Below are positions 57,560-64,000 of a DNA stretch of 64,000 nt, one piece after another; within the stretch, counting starts at the first letter, position 1; each line of letters starts with the position of its first letter. This DNA is from Candidatus Uhrbacteria bacterium RIFCSPHIGHO2_02_FULL_46_47 (lineage in GTDB: Bacteria; Patescibacteriota; Patescibacteriia; GWA2-47-26), in NCBI GenBank assembly GCA_001790815.1, contig MGDU01000022.1, positions 108-64,107 on the forward strand. The letters run 5' to 3'. Below the pieces are notes generated by a model, which was not told the origin of the DNA, did not search any database, and saw only the letters and a program-made list of their open reading frames with translations. A program made the translations under genes and the position numbers.

Positions 57560-58711
57560 TTATACCACTTCAATACTTTCTACCATCTTTTTCTTCTGCT
57601 GACGCTTTGTAAGTTCAGATTTTGCGCGCACATCCCAGTTGCCAAACCCTTGTATGATTGTCAGGTTGCCATCCAAAGCAAGGCTAGCCCTTGTCGATAA
57701 CACTCCATTGTTATAAATATTCTCAAAACCTTTACCATTGAGCGCGCGACTCAGCATATCTTTTGTTTGTGCAAAATCAGCAATTAATATTTCATCATCC
57801 GAACCGTAGAAATCTGAAGTCGTGAAGAATTTATCTGCGTTAGCTAGATCGTTTTTTAAAGATTCTGCAAAACTTGGATCCAAATCAGGAAATTTTTCAG
57901 CCATTTTTTGAATTTCATCAATGAGCGGCTTGACTTTAGTTTCAAAATTATGTTTTGCCTTTTCCTGTAGCTCGCGTTTTATTGTTTCTATTTGTTCTCG
58001 ACTTGGCCCAACTTCAGTTTTTGGTTTTGCTTCAGGTGCTGCAACTCCAAGTCCAGATTCTTTTTTTGCAGAAATTCCACCCCGCTCCTTCGCATAAAGA
58101 AATACAAATTGAGAGCGGCCTTTTTTTGCTTCAAGTCCCAATTGTTCAATCTCCTTGGTTGAATATCCTAATTCTTCAAGGCGCGGCTTCACTTTTTCTA
58201 ATTCGCCTTTCGGAATAAGCAAATGCAATCCTTCTTTCGAAATGGACTCGTTTTTTATGGTCGCCGCATCTACAACTAAAAGCGCATCGCGTTGTCCTTC
58301 AAGCAGTTGAGAAATTTCTGCAATGTCCTTTCCCTCCGCTTGGCTTGATTCAATCGCGCCTTTGGCAATCGCTCCTTTATTCTCTGGAGATTGGCCTGCA
58401 AGCGATTGGAGCGCGGCTTCTTCACCCTCTTCAATAGCAGTCCGCTTTACGTCAGTCACATCGCCAACCTCAAAACGCCGCACGCCAACTTGGTCGCCAG
58501 TTGCGGTGTCTGCCACCATTTTTTCCGCCCCTGGCAGGCCAACTTTATATGTTTCTATCGCGTGCGGCCGTTCTGTTTCAGCCGGTTTTTCAGTCACTCC
58601 TATTCCTTTTCTTGTTTCTGGAGTTTCTGATAATGGTGGCGGTTCTTGCTCCGATGGATTATCTAATTTACGGGGAGGACGGGTAAGCATAGCAGTTTGA
58701 GTATAGCTCAT
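57560..58711 (-). CDS. Hypothetical charged protein
   Basis: 383-aa E/K-rich ORF; no motif recognised. Confidence 0.65.
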   Translation of the reverse strand: MSYTQTAMLTRPPRKLDNPSEQEPPPLSETPETRKGIGVTEKPAETERPHAIETYKVGLPGAEKMVADTATGDQVGVRRFEVGDVTDVKRTAIEEGEEAALQSLAGQSPENKGAIAKGAIESSQAEGKDIAEISQLLEGQRDALLVVDAATIKNESISKEGLHLLIPKGELEKVKPRLEELGYSTKEIEQLGLEAKKGRSQFVFLYAKERGGISAKKESGLGVAAPEAKPKTEVGPSREQIETIKRELQEKAKHNFETKVKPLIDEIQKMAEKFPDLDPSFAESLKNDLANADKFFTTSDFYGSDDEILIADFAQTKDMLSRALNGKGFENIYNNGVLSTRASLALDGNLTIIQGFGNWDVRAKSELTKRQQKKKMVESIEVV

Positions 58712-58786
58712 TATTTACTTTAAAGCAAAAAATGAAAAAATACTTATCATCCTCACCAATACTACTCATCCTCCAATTCCACCATC

Positions 58787-58826
58787 AACGACTCAATTAT
58801 TTGCGATCGCACATTGTTGAGCCGTT
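58787..58826. repeat. 40-bp imperfect palindrome, repeated at 59542-59581, flanking the PaaX/Cas2-like gene
   Basis: AACGACTCAATTATTTGCGATCGCACATTGTTGAGCCGTT versus AACGGCTCAATATTTTGCGATCGCACATTATTGAGTCGTT. Confidence 0.85.
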
Positions 58827-58911
58827 GGGAAATGTGCTATGATGGTTGTGGATAGTTTTGGCAACAATCTTTTTAGGACAGTATTTTAGCAAATTATAAG
58901 CCTGCAATAGT

Positions 58912-59493
58912 ATGAGTACTAAACTACAATTGAAAAAATTCCAAATCGTTCTTTTGCAATTGTATGCTGGATATCGGGAACTTGACCATGCACTCGCTTC
59001 ATATAAGCCAAGGAGTCATACGCCCGGATGGGACTCTACTGGCTATAGTGAGCGCGAGCGAAAATTAGCAGAGCGTGAAATAAAATATCTTTATAAGCGT
59101 ATTGAATATTTAAAGCGGTGCAATTATATTCAAATGGTTAAGGAGGGAGAGGAAAAATTATTGAAGCTTACTTCAAAAGGAAAATATGAACTTTTGCGTT
59201 TACGGTTTGTAGAACACATGCTCATGCAGAAGAAACAATCATGGGCGCGCAAGTGGTGGATATTGATTTTTGATATCCCAGAGTCACAAAAGAAGTATCG
59301 TAATTTTTTCCGCCGATTTTTGAAACAAAATGGTTTTAAGATGGTACAACGTTCAGTTTGGATTACGCCATACAACCCGGAATCTGCCTTAGTTGATCTT
59401 TTGAGATACCTAAGGATTGAAAAATATTTTGAACTTATTGAAGCAGATTGCGAGCGATGTAGTACCACACTTTTAAAAAAATTCAAACCATGA
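58912..59493 (+). CDS. PaaX-like wHTH protein with a Cas2-like C-terminal domain
   Basis: LKLTSKG, WARKWWILIFDIPESQKKYRNFFR..LK..GF..VQRSVWI. Confidence 0.8.
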   Translation: MSTKLQLKKFQIVLLQLYAGYRELDHALASYKPRSHTPGWDSTGYSERERKLAEREIKYLYKRIEYLKRCNYIQMVKEGEEKLLKLTSKGKYELLRLRFVEHMLMQKKQSWARKWWILIFDIPESQKKYRNFFRRFLKQNGFKMVQRSVWITPYNPESALVDLLRYLRIEKYFELIEADCERCSTTLLKKFKP

Positions 59494-59620
59494 TCAGGGG
59501 AGCGTGCAACGCCGCAAGTTGAAACATTTAGTGAATGTATAAACGGCTCAATATTTTGCGATCGCACATTATTGAGTCGTTTGACTATTGACAGGGAAGG
59601 ATAGATATGATAGAGTGTGG

Positions 59621-60213
59621 ATGCTTACAAAAAGCTGGATGATCGCTCCGACTTAGGTCGGGGAGGAAAGTCCGAACACCCCCGCAGTAATGTGGGAAAA
59701 AGGTACCACCTAACGGGTGGGCAGTATGACGGGGATATCATCCGGTCATCCGATCGGACAAGAAACTCCGCTGACGGATCAGTGCCACAGAGACAATACT
59801 AATCGTGCCTCACTATCATTCGGCACTCCGTTACGAATTACGAATCTTGTACGAAACTACGAAACAACAAATTTGTAGTTTTGTAGCGACATTTGTGGAT
59901 TCGTACACAGAGCACCGAGCGACAGTGAGGTGCGGTGAAAGGTGAAAAGTGAAGGAATGTTAATCGCTTACACAAGCCTAAAACTTGTGAAAACGAGAAG
60001 GCTATTCTTCTTACCGTGGGGTAACTCACGGCGTTGGAAAACCCTACCTGGTGCAACGCCATTTACGGCGGCTTGAGGTCCCGCGCGAGTGGGATCCCAG
60101 AGAGATGATCATTAAACCACAGATCTTACAACACAGATCACACAAATATCTGTGAAAATCTGTGATCAAAATCTGTGGTTACAGAATTCGGCTTACGGGC
60201 TTTTTGTAAGCAT
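59621..60213 (+). ncRNA. rnpB: RNase P RNA, enlarged by repeat insertions
   Basis: GAGGAAAGTCC, AGTGCCACAGA and ACAGAATTCGGCTTAC conserved segments; P1 ATGCTTACAAAAAGC/GCTTTTTGTAAGCAT. Confidence 0.92.
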
Positions 60214-60278
60214 TTGAAAAGGCACCTTGGTGGTGCCTTTTCAAATAAATCGCTTTTCATGTTACAATACAATAACTT

Positions 60279-61703
60279 ATGAAAAAGCTAGATCTCTTTT
60301 TTGCCACAATTCTTGTACCACTTGATTATGTGGCACTTATTTTAGCGGCAATTGCTGCTTATTCTTTGCGTTTTGCTCCATTTTTAGCTGAGCGCCGGCC
60401 GGTTATTTTCGCCCTGCCGTTTGATCAATACATGAGGATAGTTTTTATCATCGCAATTGGCTGGATTACAATTTACGCGCTTTCCGGCCTGTATGCCATT
60501 TCCCATCGCAAAAAACTTGAGGAATTGAAAAAAATTATTATTGCCTCAACCGCGGCATTTGGTGGTGTGCTTGCCGCCGTGGTATTTTCCCGAGAACTTT
60601 TTGAATCGCGATTTATTCTTCTTGCCTCCTGGATTTTTGCCATTGTTTTTGTATTTTTTTTCCGCCTTTTTCTTCGCATGGTGCGCAGTACTCTTATTCG
60701 CGCCGGATTCGGGCTCAAGTTGGTGGCGGTTATTGGCAAAGGAATGTCCGCGGATGCACTTATAAATATGGTTTCTCGCAATCCAAAATACGGTCTTAAG
60801 GTTGCGTTTCGCGCGGAAACATTTAGCAAGGAAGCCGAGCGCGAATTGCGTGCGCTTGCCGCACAGGACGGGTTGGATCAAATTATTTATGTGGCGCAAA
60901 ACGGTTCAACCAAAGAAATGCATGAGGCGCTGGATTTTGCCGATGAATATCATCTTTCGTTTTGTTACAGTGCGGATATTGTTTCCGCGCACGGTGCCGG
61001 CATTGAATTTGATATGCTCGCGGGCGTGCCGCTTTTAGAGCTTAAACGCACCCGGCTTGAGGGCTGGGGACGAGTGTACAAACGAATTTTTGATATAGTC
61101 GGATCGTTGATTTTAATTTTGATTACCTTACCTATAATATTTTTTGCCGCGCTTGCGGTCATGTTTGAATCAGGATTTCCGATTCTTTTTAGAAATGAAC
61201 GCGTGGGAGAGCATGGTAAAATTTTTAATACGCTTAAATTTCGCACCATGTATCAAAAATATTGCATTGGCAAACAATTTGCTGATCATGCCCATGCCCT
61301 TGAGTATGAAAAAAAGCTGATTGCGGAGCGCAGTGATAAACAAGGGCCGGTCTACAAAATCAAAGAGGATCCGCGCGTAACGCATGTTGGCCGATTTTTG
61401 CGCCGAACTTCCATTGATGAGTTGCCTCAGCTTTTCAATGTACTTGCCGGCCAAATGACTCTGGTTGGCCCGCGGCCGCATCAGAGACGCGAAGTTGAAA
61501 AATACGAGAAGCATCATAAGCGCGTGCTTGAACTTAAGCCCGGCATGACCGGCCTTCCGCAAATCTCCGGCCGCTCTGATTTATCATTTGAAGAAGAGGT
61601 TAAATTGGACACCTACTATATTGAGCACTGGTCGCTCAAATTAGATTTTATTATTCTCCTCAAAACCCCCTTTGCTGTTTTAGGACAGCGTGGCACCTAC
61701 TAG
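60279..61703 (+). CDS. Polyprenyl-phosphate sugar phosphotransferase (WcaJ/WbaP family)
   Basis: KRIFDI, KFRTM, DPRVT..GRFLRRTSIDELPQL, VGPRP, KPGMTG. Confidence 0.94.
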   Translation: MKKLDLFFATILVPLDYVALILAAIAAYSLRFAPFLAERRPVIFALPFDQYMRIVFIIAIGWITIYALSGLYAISHRKKLEELKKIIIASTAAFGGVLAAVVFSRELFESRFILLASWIFAIVFVFFFRLFLRMVRSTLIRAGFGLKLVAVIGKGMSADALINMVSRNPKYGLKVAFRAETFSKEAERELRALAAQDGLDQIIYVAQNGSTKEMHEALDFADEYHLSFCYSADIVSAHGAGIEFDMLAGVPLLELKRTRLEGWGRVYKRIFDIVGSLILILITLPIIFFAALAVMFESGFPILFRNERVGEHGKIFNTLKFRTMYQKYCIGKQFADHAHALEYEKKLIAERSDKQGPVYKIKEDPRVTHVGRFLRRTSIDELPQLFNVLAGQMTLVGPRPHQRREVEKYEKHHKRVLELKPGMTGLPQISGRSDLSFEEEVKLDTYYIEHWSLKLDFIILLKTPFAVLGQRGTY

Positions 61704-61787
61704 ATTTTTTATTTAAGTCGTGTTACTATTCCGATGCCATTCGTAATTTGTAGATTTGCATGAAATTTGTAGATTGGCATCATATCT

Positions 61788-62906
61788 ATGCGGCTTGCGT
61801 TAGTGCACGATTATTTAATTCAGGACGGTGGCGCGGAAAGGGTATTGCGCGCCTTTGCGGAAATTTGGCCTGAAGCGCCGATTTTTGTTTTATTTCACGA
61901 TAAAAAACGCTGGCCGGAATTCCGCGGCCGCTCTATCAACACTTCTGTTTTGCAAGATATGCCGGGCGTGCTTAAGTACTATCGCTGGACGCTTCCGCTT
62001 ATGCCAGCCGCCACTGAGCATCATGATTTAGGCGAGTTTGATGTGGTACTTTCTTCGGCCTCGGCTTTTGCCAAAGGCATAGTGACTCGTCCGGATGCCT
62101 TGCATATTTGTTATTGCCACACCCCGACGCGCTATCTTTGGACGGACACGCACAGCTACATTAAAGATTTGCGCACCAATCGTTTTATAAAATTCATGCT
62201 GCCGTTTTTCTTGACGAGTTTGCGTATGTGGGATCGCACTTCAGCACTTCGGGTAGACAAATTTATTGCCAACTCGCAAACAGTAGCAAAGCGTATTAAA
62301 AAATATTACGAACGCGAGGCGGATATTATGTATCCGGCAGTGGATTGTTCAAAATTTTATATTTCCCCAACGGTAGGCAATTATTATTTGGCTGGCGGCC
62401 GCTTGGTCGCTTACAAGCGTTTTGATTTGGCCATTGAGGTTTTCAATCGGCTGAAATTACCGCTTGTTATTTTTGGTACTGGTCCGTATGAAGATCGTTT
62501 GCGTAAGATGGCTAAATCAAATGTGAAGTTTCTTGGACACATTTCGGACGATGAAAAGTCCAAACTTTTGTCGCAGTGTATTGCTTTTATTCATCCGCAA
62601 TTGGAAGATTTGGGATTGCTTCCTTTAGAGGTCATGGCTTCTGGCCGGCCGGTTGTGGCTTATGGCCGAGGTGGCGCGCTGGAAACAGTGGTGGAAGGGA
62701 AAACCGGAACTTTTTTCCACGAGCAAAGTTGGGAAGCACTTCTGGATGCAATGCTTAATTTCAAACCGGAACAATTTAATGCTCAGGAAATTCGCGCTTG
62801 GGCTGAACAGTTTGATTTACAGCCATTTAAGAAACGCATAAAAGAATATGTAGAAAGTGCGTACGGCGAATTTACTGCGGGAACAAGAAATGTAAAATTA
62901 TTATGA
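61788..62906 (+). CDS. Glycosyltransferase family 4
   Basis: ALVHDYL..GGAERV, YCHTPTRY, EDLGLLPLEVMASG. Confidence 0.93.
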   Translation: MRLALVHDYLIQDGGAERVLRAFAEIWPEAPIFVLFHDKKRWPEFRGRSINTSVLQDMPGVLKYYRWTLPLMPAATEHHDLGEFDVVLSSASAFAKGIVTRPDALHICYCHTPTRYLWTDTHSYIKDLRTNRFIKFMLPFFLTSLRMWDRTSALRVDKFIANSQTVAKRIKKYYEREADIMYPAVDCSKFYISPTVGNYYLAGGRLVAYKRFDLAIEVFNRLKLPLVIFGTGPYEDRLRKMAKSNVKFLGHISDDEKSKLLSQCIAFIHPQLEDLGLLPLEVMASGRPVVAYGRGGALETVVEGKTGTFFHEQSWEALLDAMLNFKPEQFNAQEIRAWAEQFDLQPFKKRIKEYVESAYGEFTAGTRNVKLL

Positions 62907-64000
62907 GAATTGGTATTGATGGACGCGCATTGCAAGATCATCCGCGCGGAGGCGTGGGGCAATATGCTTACCATCTTTTGTACGCTCTTTTTTCTTTAGA
63001 TCATGGGAATGAATATGTGGTGTGGTATAACGCGGCTAGAAAACTTGAAGTGCCGATGTTTTCCGAGTATCCAAATGTGCGCGTACATCGTACAAATTGG
63101 CCAAATAAAATGTTAAATCTTTCCATGAAGGTGTTGGGCTCCCCGCGAGTTCCTCCCCTTAGGTCCGACGCTCCAGTCGGACTCCGACCCCGTGGGGCGT
63201 CGGAGATAAGGGGAGGGGAGGAGGGGTTACGAAATTTTGATATTTTTTTTATGCCCAATATTAATTTTGTCGCGCTATCCCCCACAACTAAGCTGATTAT
63301 TACCGCACACGACCTTTCTTTTGTGCATTTTCCCGAGCATTTTTCGCGTAAAACCAGATTGTGGCATCGCGCGATAAATCCACGCGCATTATTCAATCGT
63401 GCGGATCATATCGTTACTGTATCCGCGCATACAAAAGACGATCTTGTGGAAACGTATGGTATCGCGCAGGAAAAAGTGAGCGTGATTTATCCGGGTGTTG
63501 AAGTCAACAGTTCACAGACTACAGTTCACAGTAAAAGCAAAACCGTGAACCGTGAACCGATGACTGATGGCTTCATATTGTATTTCGGCGCGCTTGAGCC
63601 GCGCAAGAATATTGAGGGAATTATAGAGGCCTTTGAGCTTCTTCATTCGCAATTTGCAAATTCGCATGAAATTCGTAGATTGGCATCATACTTGATTATT
63701 GCCGGCCTCTCTACACCGTATGTAAAATATCTTAAAAAACGCATTGCGAAAAGCAAGGTTAGGGATCGCGTAATCCTGAAAGAAAATCCCACGGAAGAAG
63801 AAAAGGAAACACTCTATGCAGGAGCATCACTCTTTGTGTATCCTTCATTTTACGAAGGGTTTGGTTTTCCTCCGCTTGAAGCCATGTCATACGGCGTGCC
63901 GGTAGTTGCTTCTTCAGCTTCGTCTGTTCCGGAGATTTGCGGCGACGCAGCAATGCTGGTAAATCCGTGGGATGTGAATGAAATAAAAGAGGGGATGCGG
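62903..64000 (+). CDS. Glycosyltransferase family 4; 3' end outside the window; in-frame repeat insertions
   Basis: Hand translation MRIGIDGRALQDHPRGGVGQY...TAHDLSF...EPRKN...YEGFGFPPLEAM. Confidence 0.9.
   Translation, partial: MRIGIDGRALQDHPRGGVGQYAYHLLYALFSLDHGNEYVVWYNAARKLEVPMFSEYPNVRVHRTNWPNKMLNLSMKVLGSPRVPPLRSDAPVGLRPRGASEIRGGEEGLRNFDIFFMPNINFVALSPTTKLIITAHDLSFVHFPEHFSRKTRLWHRAINPRALFNRADHIVTVSAHTKDDLVETYGIAQEKVSVIYPGVEVNSSQTTVHSKSKTVNREPMTDGFILYFGALEPRKNIEGIIEAFELLHSQFANSHEIRRLASYLIIAGLSTPYVKYLKKRIAKSKVRDRVILKENPTEEEKETLYAGASLFVYPSFYEGFGFPPLEAMSYGVPVVASSASSVPEICGDAAMLVNPWDVNEIKEGMR

Noticed and set aside
58787-59581. CRISPR-Cas locus
   Set aside because: Only two repeats about 750 bp apart, no spacer array and no cas1. 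The protein is PaaX-like.

Overview
Bacterial chromosomal segment whose gene content (DUF4012 protein, pilin-like protein, FemX-type transferase, PaaX/Cas2-like regulator, IleRS type 2, split transketolase) suggests a Patescibacteria/CPR (Parcubacteria-like) genome; the taxonomy is inferred, not measured. It carries pentose-phosphate genes, five aminoacyl-tRNA synthetases (ileS, valS, tyrS, argS, trpS), a CCA enzyme, an RluA-family synthase, cmk, rplS, uvrA, ruvA, secG, rnj, glycosyltransferases, four toxin-antitoxin pairs, four tRNAs (Arg-CCG, Val-GAC, Ile-UAU, Leu-CAG) and an enlarged RNase P RNA. Two things stand out. (1) A diversity-generating retroelement (DGR) module: a target gene (3364-3969) whose 3' 117 bp match a template repeat 540 bp downstream with 21 mismatches, all at template adenines. 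The template sits in what looks like a self-contained structured RNA with its own terminator, and there is no reverse transcriptase or adjacent Avd anywhere in the window. A second DGR-like target lies at 22997-23923. (2) Dozens of short palindromic or heptamer repeats from several families are inserted in frame inside housekeeping genes (about 10 in ileS alone) and inside RNA genes. Small four-helix-bundle, GIY-YIG and PaaX/Cas2-like genes sit between matching repeat ends, as if they were the 'filled' versions of the same elements. Many start codons were adjusted by eye from the ORF track. No database searches were run.
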